The notes: generated by a model not told the origin, from the letters alone. DNA of 64,000 bases from an uncultured Porphyromonadaceae bacterium (GCA_947253625.1 CAMYAB010000003.1:107105-171104), one strand, 5' to 3'; numbered from the stretch's first letter, positions 9,876 to 20,777 are shown. A program made the numbers and translations.

Positions 9876-10435
9876 ACTTTGTCTAGATAGTCTTGTATTT
9901 TTTTGGCCAGTATTTTTTTTGCTCTGGCATACTGAGAGGCTGATGTCCCCTCTTTTATTCCGAGTTGGTGGGCCACTTGTTTGTGGCTGAGTCCATCAAT
10001 GGCGTATAGGCAAAAGACGAGACGGTAGCCGGTGGGTAGCTCCTGTATCATCTCCTGTATGGCCTCGGTGGGTACTGAGGCAATATCCGGCTCTGTTTCT
10101 GTGGTCTCCTCCGGTAGGTCGTAGGTTTCGTCGAGCAAAAAAAAGTGTCTCCGACTCCTGATATAGCTGAGAGCTTGGTAGGTGGTCACTTGCTTCATCC
10201 AGGCACGCAGAGATCCTGCGCCTCGGTACTCAAAGGTGTTGATGCTCCGAAAGATCTTGATGAAGCTATCCTGGAGGATGTCCTTGGTGGCATCCGGGTC
10301 CGGTACATACCTATGGCAGACGCCACGTAGAAAGGAGAGATAGGTCTCGTAGAGAGCCTTCATCGCCTCTTGGTCGCCTTGGAGGATACCGCTTAGGAGT
10401 GCTTCATCGTCCCGATCCCATTGTCGTCTACTCAT
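9872..10435 (-). CDS. ECF-type RNA polymerase sigma-70 factor
   Basis: Region 2 (YLSFLRGVCHRY…DILQDSFIKIF) and region 4 HTH (LPTGYRLVFCLYAIDGLSHKQVAHQLGIKEGT). The ORF continues to 10543, but Met37 at 10435 gives a typical ~188-aa ECF sigma. Confidence 0.85.
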   Translation of the reverse strand: MSRRQWDRDDEALLSGILQGDQEAMKALYETYLSFLRGVCHRYVPDPDATKDILQDSFIKIFRSINTFEYRGAGSLRAWMKQVTTYQALSYIRSRRHFFLLDETYDLPEETTETEPDIASVPTEAIQEMIQELPTGYRLVFCLYAIDGLSHKQVAHQLGIKEGTSASQYARAKKILAKKIQDYLDKV

Positions 10436-10700
10436 CCGTGTGGTATTTTTGGGGTGCGTTTTTGGCAGGGCCGGAGCCCTTTGGAGCCTTTTGGGAGATT
10501 TTTTTTGTGGTGAAAAGGTAGCCCCTTTTCGGACAAAGTCCAAAAAGAGGCTACTTCCAATAGGGTGCAGTGAGCGGAGGTAAGGAGAGACGACTGCATA
10601 CTATAAGTTTGATGCTACCTCCTTTTTCGGCAGAAGCCGGGGAGTGGTACTCACTCTCCCTATTGGATAGCTGTGAAGTGTATAGGCATCGTTGATGGCC

Positions 10701-11405
10701 TTAGTGTTTGGGTTCTTCCTTCTTTCCACTAATGTAGTCCAGCTCGATGGTCTGGCTACCGGTTTCGGTGCGGAATCGAATCTTGAGTACCTTTTTTTCT
10801 CCCTTGGTGCTTGGTAGCTGCTTTAGGCTGAAAGCCACCAAGTTTTTGGCCACCATGCGTCCATTTTTGTCCTCTTTGACGTCGTGCCTCAGCTCAAGGG
10901 TGTAGGGATCCTGTGGGTCCACTCCGTAGAGTAGGTTGATGGAGTGCGGTTTTTTGGCATCTCCGTATCGAGCGGCAAAGTTTAGAGTCAGGTATCCATC
11001 CTCGACCAGGCAATCGTTTTTTATGAGACCAATGGGGTCGTTGCCGTACTTTAGATCGTTTTTGTCAGTGGATTGGACCATCTCTTTTGTCAGGATGTCT
11101 TTGATCCAATTGACGTATACAGCTTTGGTAAAGCCATCGTGTGGAGCTTTTTTGTCCTCTTTGTAGTTTACGACGGCTCTCACTTCTTTGTTTTTGAAAG
11201 GATGCGCCTTGATATTGGTGGGCAAAAGGGTGGTTTTTTCATCCAGTTGGAGGTAGACAACCTTTTTGGTGGGTTCGGTCTTGACGGTGACGATACCTAT
11301 GGAGGTCATCTCGTTTTTGGGTCTGTTTTTGTCAAATAGACAGGAGCTCATCATCAGTGTGACACAGAGAGAAGCCAGTGCGATTTGTTTTGTTTTGATC
11401 ATCAT
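10701..11405 (-). CDS. Hypothetical lipoprotein (possibly NigD-like)
   Basis: Signal peptide with a lipobox (LMMSSC). The gene and its flanks are visibly more AT-rich than the neighbours. Confidence 0.5.
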   Translation of the reverse strand: MMIKTKQIALASLCVTLMMSSCLFDKNRPKNEMTSIGIVTVKTEPTKKVVYLQLDEKTTLLPTNIKAHPFKNKEVRAVVNYKEDKKAPHDGFTKAVYVNWIKDILTKEMVQSTDKNDLKYGNDPIGLIKNDCLVEDGYLTLNFAARYGDAKKPHSINLLYGVDPQDPYTLELRHDVKEDKNGRMVAKNLVAFSLKQLPSTKGEKKVLKIRFRTETGSQTIELDYISGKKEEPKH

Positions 11406-11661
11406 AATGTTGAAGTGAATAAAAAAAAAATTAGTGATCTGTCTCTACTATGTAAACGCAGGAGGTATGGATTCCTTGCATCAGTTGTCCAAAAATTGTT
11501 TTTCTATCGGCACACTTGGTATGCGAGAGAGTGGTTGCTTTTTAGGAAAGAAGTGTGTGAAAAGTCCATAATACGGTATATTTTGGATAACTTTACGCTG
11601 TCTGTCGGGAAAGCTCGGCATGGAGACAAGATCAAGCAATAATCAAAACTCAAACAATAGT

Positions 11662-12576
11662 ATGATGAAACCAACACTAGTAGTACTTGCGGCCGGTATG
11701 GGCTCGAGGTATGGTGGTCTGAAGCAGATAGATGGCTTGGGCCCAAATGGCGAAACAATCATGGACTACTCGATCTACGATGCTGTGGAGGCGGGTTTTG
11801 GGAAGGTGGTCTTTGTGATCCGCAAGGATTTTGAGGACGACTTTCGGAAAACGATTGTCAGCAAGTATGAGAAGCACTTGCCGGTGGAGGTGGTCTTTCA
11901 GGACCTAAATACGCTGCCCTCCGGGTACAGTGCTCCGGCGGATCGAACCAAGCCATGGGGTACCAACCATGCTGTGATGATGGCAGAGGAGAAGGTGAGG
12001 GAGCCTTTTGCGGTGATCAATGCGGATGACTTTTATGGTCGCGAGAGCTACAAGATCCTTGCTGACTTTCTCCGAGAGGTATGGGACAAGACGAACCAAT
12101 ATGCCATGGTAGGCTACCGTGTCGGCAATACACTGAGTGAAGGTGGCTCTGTGGCGCGCGGTGTGTGCGAAAAAAATGAGGAGGACTACTTGACCGGAGT
12201 GGTGGAGCGTACCTCTATCCAGCGCAACAAGGAGGGTGAAATCTGCTTTATCGACGAAGAGGATCGCCAGGTAGTACTGGATGAGATGACTCCTGTGTCG
12301 ATGAATATGTGGGGCTTTACGCCGGACTATTTTGAGCACAGCAAGGGGGCTTTTGTCGACTTTTTGGATAAGCATATGCATGAGCCCAAGAGTGAATTTT
12401 ATATCCCCACTGTGGTGAATGACCTGATCCATGCCGGTCGTGCGACATGCAAGGTGCTGGATACCCCGTCTCGGTGGTTTGGGGTGACGTATGCCAGTGA
12501 CCGTCCCGGTGTGGTGGCAAAGTTTGAGGAGCTGCACCGCAAAGGCCTCTATCCGGATAATCTACTCAACCACTAA
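11662..12576 (+). CDS. Sugar-phosphate nucleotidyltransferase family protein
   Basis: N-terminal LAAGMGSRYGGLKQ (G-x-G-x-R nucleotide-binding loop) and an NTP_transferase fold. The ORF-track start at 11620 adds a Ser/Asn-rich leader. Met at 11662 is more plausible. Confidence 0.65.
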   Translation: MMKPTLVVLAAGMGSRYGGLKQIDGLGPNGETIMDYSIYDAVEAGFGKVVFVIRKDFEDDFRKTIVSKYEKHLPVEVVFQDLNTLPSGYSAPADRTKPWGTNHAVMMAEEKVREPFAVINADDFYGRESYKILADFLREVWDKTNQYAMVGYRVGNTLSEGGSVARGVCEKNEEDYLTGVVERTSIQRNKEGEICFIDEEDRQVVLDEMTPVSMNMWGFTPDYFEHSKGAFVDFLDKHMHEPKSEFYIPTVVNDLIHAGRATCKVLDTPSRWFGVTYASDRPGVVAKFEELHRKGLYPDNLLNH

Positions 12577-12579
12577 GCA

Positions 12580-13488
12580 CTGTCGCCGATCATAGAGCTC
12601 ATCACCATCACAGGTCCGACGGCTACCGGCAAGACTGCCGTGGCTGCTCATCTGGCGTATCTGCTGGGGAGTAGTGTCCTCAGTGCGGACTCTCGGCAGG
12701 TGTACCGAGGAATGGATATCGGTACGGGCAAGGATCTGAGTGAGTACACTGTAGAGGGTAGGGCGATACCCTACTACCTCATCGACATTTGTGAGCCGGG
12801 TGAGCGATACAACCTCTATAGGTACCTCTCGGATGTCGATGAGGCACTAGCTCGTCTCCCCAAGGGGGTACCACCGATACTGTGTGGTGGTACGGGCTTG
12901 TATGTGGAGTCTCTGGTGCGCGGCTATAGCCTAAGTAATGCTCCGGAGGATCCTGAGCTACGGGAACGCCTGTCCGGCCACTCTCTGGAGGAGCTACAGC
13001 GGCTTGCCCAAGGACTGGAAGTGGAGGATCCTCAGAATCCCCGTCGCTTGATCCGTGCAATAGAGGTGGATGCGTACTGTCGGAAGTCGGGCGAAGTGCC
13101 CCAGGTACTCCACAGACCACCAATGCAGGGGCCTGTCTTTTGCATAGATGTACCGCGTGAGGTGCGTCGTGCCCGTATCACGTCCCGTCTGCAGAGTCGT
13201 CTGAGGGAGGGTATGATAGAGGAGGTGGAGCGACTACTGGAGCAGGTGACTCCGGAGCAGCTCATCTACTATGGTCTGGAGTACAAGTATGTGACCGAGT
13301 ATGTGCTGGGCAGGCGTACCTATGCCGAGCTGGTGACGGACTTGGAAGTGGCGATCCACCAATTTGCGAAGCGTCAGATGACGTGGTTTAGGGGGATGGA
13401 GCGGCGCGGGGTACCAATCACCTACGTGCGTCCGCAGGAGACCCCTGGAGCGACTGCTGAGTATATCTGTTCGTTGTTGCAAAAGTAG
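12580..13488 (+). CDS. miaA: tRNA dimethylallyltransferase MiaA (start codon unresolved, non-canonical)
   Basis: The P-loop ITITGPTATGKTAVA is encoded at 12601-12639. This lies upstream of the first GTG/ATG at 12640 and immediately after the upstream TAA (12574-12576). The 12580 coordinate is the earliest possible CTG; the real start is not resolved. Confidence 0.8.
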   Translation: MSPIIELITITGPTATGKTAVAAHLAYLLGSSVLSADSRQVYRGMDIGTGKDLSEYTVEGRAIPYYLIDICEPGERYNLYRYLSDVDEALARLPKGVPPILCGGTGLYVESLVRGYSLSNAPEDPELRERLSGHSLEELQRLAQGLEVEDPQNPRRLIRAIEVDAYCRKSGEVPQVLHRPPMQGPVFCIDVPREVRRARITSRLQSRLREGMIEEVERLLEQVTPEQLIYYGLEYKYVTEYVLGRRTYAELVTDLEVAIHQFAKRQMTWFRGMERRGVPITYVRPQETPGATAEYICSLLQK

Positions 13489-13532
13489 GGTCAAAAAGGG
13501 TGGGGCAGAGTGCGTATCTTGAGACAAATGAG

Positions 13533-13540
13533 TAATTTTG
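13533..13540 (+). promoter_or_regulatory. -7 box TAATTTTG upstream of alaS
   Basis: TAnnTTTG match about 50 bp upstream of the alaS ATG. Confidence 0.4.
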
Positions 13541-13590
13541 CCAAATAGGGTTTGGAGGGTGGCATATAGGAAAGAAACAAACAAGCGAAT

Positions 13591-16209
13591 ATGAAGACGG
13601 TAAAAGAGATACGCCAGGCGTACTTGGATTTTTTTGAAGCACGAGGACACCACATCATCCCCTCGGCTCCTATGGTGATCAAGGATGATCCTACCCTGAT
13701 GTTTACGAACGCGGGGATGAACCAATTTAAGGACATCATCCTCGGCAATGCGCCGATCAAGTACTCCAGGATCGCGGATAGCCAGAAGTGTCTCCGTGTG
13801 AGTGGTAAGCACAATGACCTAGAGGAGGTCGGCAAGGATACGTACCACCACACTATGTTTGAGATGCTGGGCAACTGGTCTTTTGGGGACTATTTCAAGT
13901 CAGAGATCATCCCGTGGGCTTGGGAGCTGCTGACAGAGGTGTATGAGATTCCCAAGGATCGCCTGTATGTCACGATATTCGAGGGTGCGCCGTCGGAGGG
14001 TCTGGAGCGTGATGTCGAGGCCGGCAACCACTGGCGCAAGGTACTCTCGGAGGACCGAATCATCGATGGTAACAAGCATGACAACTTTTGGGAAATGGGT
14101 GAGACCGGCCCATGTGGCCCCTGCTCGGAGATCCATGTGGATATTCGTCCGGATAGCGAGCGAAAGAAAGTGGATGGCCGGACATTGGTCAATAAGGATC
14201 ACCCCCAAGTGATAGAGATCTGGAATCTCGTATTTATGCAGTACAATCGCTTGGCAGATGGTAGCTTGCAACCCCTCCCCAATCGTGTGATAGATACCGG
14301 TATGGGTCTGGAACGACTCTGTATGGCTCTGCAAGGAAAGACAAGCAACTATGACACGGATGTCTTTCAGCCACTGATCCACAAGGTGGCACAGCTGAGT
14401 GGCATGGAGTATGGCAAAGTGGAGGAGGTGGATGTCGCTATGCGTGTGGTGGCTGACCATATCCGTACGATTGCGTTTTCGATCACCGATGGGCAGTTGC
14501 CATCCAATGCCAAGGCAGGGTACGTGATCCGACGTATCTTGCGTCGTGCTGTCCGGTATGGCTATACATTCTTGGGTCAGAAAGAACCCTTCATGTACCG
14601 CTTGGTACCGACCTTGATCGAGTCTATGGGCGATGCGTATCCCGAGCTACGAGCCCAGGAGGAGATTATCTCCAGGGTCATCAAGCAAGAGGAGGCAACC
14701 TTTTTGCGGACACTGGCCACCGGTATACAGATGCTCCATGGCCATATAGCCGAGCTAAAAGCAGAGGGTAAGAGCAGGCTTGATGGTCGTGTGATCTTTG
14801 AGCTGTACGACACCTACGGATTTCCGGCCGACCTGACCGAGCTGATCCTCAGCGAACAAGGGCTGGCAGCTGATCTGGAGGGATTCGAGGCGGAGATGCG
14901 CCAACAAAAAGAACGCGCCCGCAATGCCGCACACATTGATGCCACAGACTGGGTACAGCTGCAGGAGGGTGAGACATTCTTCGTCGGCTACGATCAGTCC
15001 GAGGCAGATACCGCCATCCTGCGCTACCGACAGGTCAAGAAAAACAATAAGGTCGCTTATCAGCTGGTCCTAGAGAATAGCCCATTCTATGCCGAGATGG
15101 GTGGTCAGGTGGGCGACACCGGAGTGCTGACCGGACTGGAGGATGGAGAAGAAATCCATGTAGTGGATACCATCCGCGAAAATAACCTACCGATCTGTGT
15201 GGTCAACAAGTTGCCGAACGATCCTTCGCAAGCCTTTAGGGCAACGATTGATCTCGACAAACGCCTAGCGACCGAGGCCAATCACTCCTGCACCCACTTG
15301 TTGCACTTGGCTCTACGACGGGTATTGGGTGATCATGTGGAGCAAAAAGGCTCATATGTATCGCCTACTGAGCTTCGCTTTGACTTCTCCCACTACTCCA
15401 AACTGACACCTGAGGAGATCCGCCGAGTGGAGGAGCTGGTGACGGAGATGATCCGTGCCGACTACCGCCAAGAGGAGTTTAGAGAAGTGCCGATAGCCCA
15501 AGCCAAGAAGATGGGAGCCATGGCACTGTTTGGTGAGAAGTATGGAGAGGAAGTGAGGGTCATCAAGTACGGGGATTCGGTCGAGCTCTGTGGTGGCACG
15601 CACATACCATCCACCGGAATGATCGGTACTTTCAGGATTATCAGCGAGGGATCTATTGCGGCAGGGATCCGTCGTATACAGGCTGTGACTGCGCGTGGTG
15701 CCGAGGAGTATCTGTACAGTCGTGAGGATGAGCTCATGGCGATCAGGAGTCTGCTGACCGGCAACAATACCGAAGCCGCAGTACGCAAGCTGATCGACGA
15801 AAACAATGAACTGAAAAAGAGCCTCAAAGAAGCTGAAGATCTCCGCAAGAAACAACTCATAGAGCGACTCAGCACCCAGCCCGAAAACCACCACGGTATC
15901 CTACTCTTTGCCCCGACTGAAAACATGACACCGGCTCTGGCCAAGGATATTGCCTTTGCCCTAAAGGCACTGCATCCCGAGGAGGATATGGCCTTCTTGG
16001 TCGGATCGGTAGAGGGACCCAAAGCAACGCTCACCCTCCTACTCAGCGACAGCTTGGTCCAAAAAGGGCTCAATGCCGGTAACCTTGTCCGTGAAGCCGC
16101 CAAGTACATACAAGGTGGTGGCGGTGGACAACCGGGCTTTGCCACAGCAGGAGGCAAAAATCCGGCCGGGATCCATGATGCCCTGAGCCGGATAAAAGAG
16201 TTGATATGA
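13591..16209 (+). CDS. alaS: Alanine--tRNA ligase
   Basis: Class II AARS motifs, [28 protein letters not shown] and the C-terminal DHHA1-like domain [14 protein letters not shown]. Confidence 0.97.
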   Translation: MKTVKEIRQAYLDFFEARGHHIIPSAPMVIKDDPTLMFTNAGMNQFKDIILGNAPIKYSRIADSQKCLRVSGKHNDLEEVGKDTYHHTMFEMLGNWSFGDYFKSEIIPWAWELLTEVYEIPKDRLYVTIFEGAPSEGLERDVEAGNHWRKVLSEDRIIDGNKHDNFWEMGETGPCGPCSEIHVDIRPDSERKKVDGRTLVNKDHPQVIEIWNLVFMQYNRLADGSLQPLPNRVIDTGMGLERLCMALQGKTSNYDTDVFQPLIHKVAQLSGMEYGKVEEVDVAMRVVADHIRTIAFSITDGQLPSNAKAGYVIRRILRRAVRYGYTFLGQKEPFMYRLVPTLIESMGDAYPELRAQEEIISRVIKQEEATFLRTLATGIQMLHGHIAELKAEGKSRLDGRVIFELYDTYGFPADLTELILSEQGLAADLEGFEAEMRQQKERARNAAHIDATDWVQLQEGETFFVGYDQSEADTAILRYRQVKKNNKVAYQLVLENSPFYAEMGGQVGDTGVLTGLEDGEEIHVVDTIRENNLPICVVNKLPNDPSQAFRATIDLDKRLATEANHSCTHLLHLALRRVLGDHVEQKGSYVSPTELRFDFSHYSKLTPEEIRRVEELVTEMIRADYRQEEFREVPIAQAKKMGAMALFGEKYGEEVRVIKYGDSVELCGGTHIPSTGMIGTFRIISEGSIAAGIRRIQAVTARGAEEYLYSREDELMAIRSLLTGNNTEAAVRKLIDENNELKKSLKEAEDLRKKQLIERLSTQPENHHGILLFAPTENMTPALAKDIAFALKALHPEEDMAFLVGSVEGPKATLTLLLSDSLVQKGLNAGNLVREAAKYIQGGGGGQPGFATAGGKNPAGIHDALSRIKELI

Positions 16210-17267
16210 CCACTCCTCCGACGGACTATAAGCTACGAAAGACTCGACACGAACTGACTCGTGAGGTAAGCGACTACATTACCTTCATCCAAAAGGAGCA
16301 AGGTATCCGGGTATTTGTTGTCGCCGACGAAAATACCCAGTCCCTTCTGCCGGAGTTTCCTGTAGACCTAGTCCTAGGAGCAGGTGAGGAGTACAAGGAT
16401 CTCCGGAGTGCTCATCGTATTTGGCTTAGTATGGCGAGCCGTGGTATCTGTCGCAACGATCTACTGCTTGCCATTGGTGGCGGGACAGTGACCGATATCT
16501 GTGGCTTTGTGGCCGCCAACTACAAGCGTGGTTGTCGCTTGGCCTTCATCCCGACGACACTCCTTGCACTCATCGATGCCTCCGTAGGGGGCAAGTGTGG
16601 GGTGGATCTGCCGATGCAATCCTCAGATCAAAATATCAAAAACTTACTTGGTACCTTTTACCCACCTGAGGTGGTTTTTGGGTGTGTTGAGCTGGTGCGG
16701 GAGTCACGTCACCTATTCCAGGAGGGATTGGCCGAAGCCATCAAGTGCTATTGTCTTTTTTCCAAAGACCCCACAGCCCTCTTCTCAGGGGATTCCGATC
16801 TCTATGAGATGGTACGCCGGTGCATTGAGTACAAGCAGAGCTTGGTGGAGCAAGACCCCTACGATCGGTCGGTGCGTCAGTACCTCAATCTAGGGCACAC
16901 AGTAGGCCATGCACTGGAGGGGCTGGCATTGGCGGAGGGGCGACCGATCTCCCATGGTCGGGCTGTTGCGGCTGGTCTGGTCATAGAGGGATATTTCTCA
17001 TACGTATTGGAGGGCTTCCCGCAGGGGCACCTCCTACGTTTGGGAGAGTGGGTACAGAGTTTTATCGCTCCGGTTCACTTTAGTTGCGACGACTACGATC
17101 GCCTCTGGGCACATGCGCTTCAGGACAAAAAGAACCTCACCAACCCCAAAGGTCAAGTCACCTGCACGCTACTCAAAGACTTTGGCGCACCCCTGTACGG
17201 AGCAGGTGTAGGGCGCAAACTATGGGATGAAGGCTTGGACTTTTACAAGGACTTGATGCGTATATGA
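16206..17267 (+). CDS. aroB: 3-dehydroquinate synthase
   Basis: [47 protein letters not shown] (the DHQS glycine-rich and metal-binding region). ATGA overlap with alaS. Confidence 0.88.
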   Translation: MTTPPTDYKLRKTRHELTREVSDYITFIQKEQGIRVFVVADENTQSLLPEFPVDLVLGAGEEYKDLRSAHRIWLSMASRGICRNDLLLAIGGGTVTDICGFVAANYKRGCRLAFIPTTLLALIDASVGGKCGVDLPMQSSDQNIKNLLGTFYPPEVVFGCVELVRESRHLFQEGLAEAIKCYCLFSKDPTALFSGDSDLYEMVRRCIEYKQSLVEQDPYDRSVRQYLNLGHTVGHALEGLALAEGRPISHGRAVAAGLVIEGYFSYVLEGFPQGHLLRLGEWVQSFIAPVHFSCDDYDRLWAHALQDKKNLTNPKGQVTCTLLKDFGAPLYGAGVGRKLWDEGLDFYKDLMRI

Positions 17268-19513
17268 CCCATCGCCTAGCCACTTTCGTACTCTTCGTAC
17301 TATGCACCATAGCTTCGGCACTTGGCCAGGAGAGGAGTCTGAGAGCCGGCGACTGGAGCGGTCAGGGATGGGAGGGTGACGTGGGGTTCTTTCGTGAGAG
17401 CAACGGACTGCTGAGCTATCGTAACGATGACCAAGCAGGTGTCGCAACCATCTCCAAACCCTACCAAAAAAGTCCATCCGGCCTCCTATACTGGGAGATG
17501 CAGACCCGGTTTGATGCCCTGCCCACCACTGTCAACACCTTTGTTTGGACCCTCTTTTTCCAAAAGCACCTCGGTACCCTCTACGCCTACTCCCTAGAGC
17601 CCGCCATACGAGGATCCGGCCTCTTACTCACTCGCTACACCACAGATGCGGAGCGGAGGACTTTTACCGACCGGACCATCCTGGCCACCCTACCCTTGGA
17701 CGACCGACTAACCACCTGGGGTGCTCTCACGATACAAGCACTCTACACCGCACACGACGGCCTCAGGGTCTCTGCCATCCAGCCGAATGGCACCACATTC
17801 ACCGCCGATCCGATCACCACTATAGCAGATGAGGAGATCATGACCATCATGACCCTCCGTACACGCTTCTCTGCCAAAAAGAAGCTCAAGTACAGCTGGA
17901 TCCTACCGAGAGTGGAGACCACTCTCGGCAAGGAGACACCCGAGCTCACCTATACCGACCTAAAGATCTATGACGAAGGGCGTATCTGCCTGCGTCTCGA
18001 CCGAGTGGTACGAGTGGATCAGGCAGTGGCCACGGTCAGTGGTACAGCTGCATCCATCACCCTGGGCCAATCCTCCGATGAGATCATCCTCACTCTTCCT
18101 TTTGCCTTTGCCCAAGGGATGCGGTACGCTGTACGGGTCGAAAATCTACTTGATCTCCACGGCACACCGCACACCATCACGCTAGATTTTGAGGCCGAGT
18201 CCGACGACCCACAGGAGCAAAACCGACCCCAGGCCCCCGGTATCTTCATCACCGAGATCATGGCCGATCCACCCACCACTGGGCCACTGGCCGGCACAGC
18301 CTACATCGAGCTATACAATGCCACCCCCGAGACCATCTCCCTCGGTGCCCTACGCCTGCAGTACAAGCGACGTACTTACCGACTTCCGGCCGTGGCACTT
18401 GCCCCATACAGCTACGCACTCCTCTATCCTATGGGGTCGGCGATATTTGCCCAAGGCGTGCAGGTCCCGATGCCCGACTTTCCGGCCCTCGCCGGAGCAA
18501 GGTTCGACCTCAGCCTCGAGGCCCTCTCCGATGGTTGTATACTCGACCATGTCCACTTCTCCTCCGCACTCTACGGAGTGGGACTACCCGTCGGTGGTGC
18601 CTCGGTAGAGCGAGTGAGCATGCGTCCGGCAGAGTGGAGACGATCCGACGCGCCACAAGGCGGTACCCCAGGCTCTCCATCGACCATGAGAGCCCACAAG
18701 CCGATCCAAAAACAATCTGTCATCATCAACGAACTGATGCTCTCCCCCAAGCCGACAGGCGAAAAATACATTGAGCTCTACAACAACTCCGATACCGAGC
18801 TCAATCTCAGCGATCTCTACCTCACCTACCGAAATACCCCCACAGCCGCTCCCAAGAGTTGGCTCCTCGTCACCCAGCCCACTCCACTCGCACCGGGTGC
18901 CTATGTCGTCCTCTGTCCCTACCCCGATGCACTACCCCGCATACACGAGCAGACCGACCCCAAAACCTATATCGAGCGAATCGACTTCCCATCACTCAGC
19001 CCCACCTACACCGAGCTGACACTTGTCAGCCACAGAGGTGGGGTTGTCGTTGACGAAGCCATCTACCGCCGTCAGTGGCTGGGAGCCACCTCGGGAGAGC
19101 GCAGCCACCACTCGCTGGAGCGACTAGCACCCGACACCGATGGGCGGCAACAAAAATCCTGGTCACGATCCGCACAAGGCGGTACTCCCGGGGTACGCAA
19201 CCACCCAATGGATACCGATGACAGCACGGCCGCCGACTGGCCCGAGAGCCAAGCACTCACCCCCGGCCGCCTCCTACACTATGCGACCAAGTACTCCGAT
19301 CTCCTCACCATAGATCTCTACCACACCACAGGGATTCCGATCCTCACAGTACGCCAAAAACAAGCCACAGAGCTCCTCCACCACCTTATGGCCAATACTG
19401 CGCCACTCCCCACACTGCTGTACATTATCCGAGTCACCATAGCCCCTCCGCGAGAAGGGCTGGCACCCATCGCCTACACCGACAAGTGGATGCATGTCTC
19501 GGCATCTGAGTAG
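17264..19513 (+). CDS. Secreted protein with two lamin-tail (LTD) domains
   Basis: Signal peptide. Two copies of the LTD-like motif (GIFITEIMADPP…AYIELYNATPETISLGALRL and VIINELMLSPKPTGEKYIELYNNSDTELNLSDLYL). ATGA overlap with aroB. Confidence 0.5.
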   Translation: MTHRLATFVLFVLCTIASALGQERSLRAGDWSGQGWEGDVGFFRESNGLLSYRNDDQAGVATISKPYQKSPSGLLYWEMQTRFDALPTTVNTFVWTLFFQKHLGTLYAYSLEPAIRGSGLLLTRYTTDAERRTFTDRTILATLPLDDRLTTWGALTIQALYTAHDGLRVSAIQPNGTTFTADPITTIADEEIMTIMTLRTRFSAKKKLKYSWILPRVETTLGKETPELTYTDLKIYDEGRICLRLDRVVRVDQAVATVSGTAASITLGQSSDEIILTLPFAFAQGMRYAVRVENLLDLHGTPHTITLDFEAESDDPQEQNRPQAPGIFITEIMADPPTTGPLAGTAYIELYNATPETISLGALRLQYKRRTYRLPAVALAPYSYALLYPMGSAIFAQGVQVPMPDFPALAGARFDLSLEALSDGCILDHVHFSSALYGVGLPVGGASVERVSMRPAEWRRSDAPQGGTPGSPSTMRAHKPIQKQSVIINELMLSPKPTGEKYIELYNNSDTELNLSDLYLTYRNTPTAAPKSWLLVTQPTPLAPGAYVVLCPYPDALPRIHEQTDPKTYIERIDFPSLSPTYTELTLVSHRGGVVVDEAIYRRQWLGATSGERSHHSLERLAPDTDGRQQKSWSRSAQGGTPGVRNHPMDTDDSTAADWPESQALTPGRLLHYATKYSDLLTIDLYHTTGIPILTVRQKQATELLHHLMANTAPLPTLLYIIRVTIAPPREGLAPIAYTDKWMHVSASE

Positions 19514-19571
19514 ACTGTCGGTGGGGAAAAGCCAACCGACGTTTCTTCCCCAAAAAACACTAGATATATGG

Positions 19572-19579
19572 TAGATTTG
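19572..19579 (+). promoter_or_regulatory. -7 box TAGATTTG upstream of the ABC importer operon
   Basis: TAnnTTTG match 30 bp upstream of the 19609 start. Confidence 0.45.
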
Positions 19580-19608
19580 TTGCACCCAACGACACTTATC
19601 GACTGTTT

Positions 19609-20745
19609 ATGAAGCATTACCTATCCCTTCTTTTTGCCTTGCTCCCTCTCTTGGTCTCTTGCCGAGAGGAGGTCAGAGCCTATGATGATCTCCTGACCCC
19701 ACTCTACACTCCGGAGTATGCTTCGGGCTTTGAGCTATATGGGTTGGATGGCTACTCCGGCACCATTATTCGGTCCAAAAATCCTTGGCAGGGTGCCACG
19801 GATGAGGTGAGAGATGTCTTTGTACAACGCGGAGACGAGGAGCCTCCCCGTGGTTTTGAGGGGTGTGTCGTCCCTGCAGATCCTCAGCGTGTCGTGGTAC
19901 TGAGCTCTAGCTACATAGGTATGCTGGATCGCTTGGGGCTGGCGGATCGTGTGGTGGGGGTCAGTGGACTGTCCTACGTGACCAATCCCTACATCAGCGA
20001 TCCTGCGCATGGGGTGCGAGACATTGGCACTGTGCCGGATTATGAGCTACTGCTGAGCCTCAAGCCGGATGTGGTGCTACTCTATGGTCTGGAGAGTGCC
20101 AATACAGTAGTCACGGACAAGCTCGATGAGCTGGGTATCCCGTACATCTACTTTGGCGAGTACCTGGAGGAGCATCCTCTGGGTAAGTGTGAGTGGATCG
20201 TTGTCGTCGGGGAGTTGATGGATCGTCGGGCCGCCGCCGTGGCCTACCAAGAGGAGGTCTGTCACAGGTATCAGGCTGTAAAAGACCTGGCTAGTCGAGC
20301 AGACCACCGTCCCTCTGTGATGCTCAACCTCCCCTACAATGATGTCTGGCAGTTGCCACCGATGGCTTCGTTTCAGACAACGCTCCTCACCGATGCCGGG
20401 AGTAGCCCCTTCTACGGGCGTGAGGAGCGTGGAGTGATGTTGCGGATAGGTATGGAGACAGCACTGGAGTATCTGCAGGAGGCAGACTACTGGTTGCATC
20501 TTGGTATGGTGACCCGCTACGAGGAGTTGCCGGCGAACCTGCGCGAGCACGCCTCCAATATCAAGTCGATACGTGAGGACCACCTCTACAACAACAATCG
20601 TATCTCCAATGCAGCCGGTGGCAATGCCTACTTCGAGACCGGCCCTGTGGAGCCGGATGTGATTCTCTCCGACCTGGTCTCGATCTTTCATCCGGGCCTT
20701 GTCGAGCACAAGCCGGTATACTACCGGCAGATTGCGGTAAAGTAG
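19609..20745 (+). CDS. ABC transporter periplasmic substrate-binding lipoprotein (BtuF/FecB class; iron-siderophore/cobalamin type)
   Basis: Lipoprotein signal (LLVSC). RVVVLSSSYIGMLDRLGLADRVVGVSG is typical of class III periplasmic binding proteins. Confidence 0.7.
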   Translation: MKHYLSLLFALLPLLVSCREEVRAYDDLLTPLYTPEYASGFELYGLDGYSGTIIRSKNPWQGATDEVRDVFVQRGDEEPPRGFEGCVVPADPQRVVVLSSSYIGMLDRLGLADRVVGVSGLSYVTNPYISDPAHGVRDIGTVPDYELLLSLKPDVVLLYGLESANTVVTDKLDELGIPYIYFGEYLEEHPLGKCEWIVVVGELMDRRAAAVAYQEEVCHRYQAVKDLASRADHRPSVMLNLPYNDVWQLPPMASFQTTLLTDAGSSPFYGREERGVMLRIGMETALEYLQEADYWLHLGMVTRYEELPANLREHASNIKSIREDHLYNNNRISNAAGGNAYFETGPVEPDVILSDLVSIFHPGLVEHKPVYYRQIAVK

Positions 20746-20777
20746 CTTTTTGTCCCCCCTCTCTCTCTTTTGATCCC

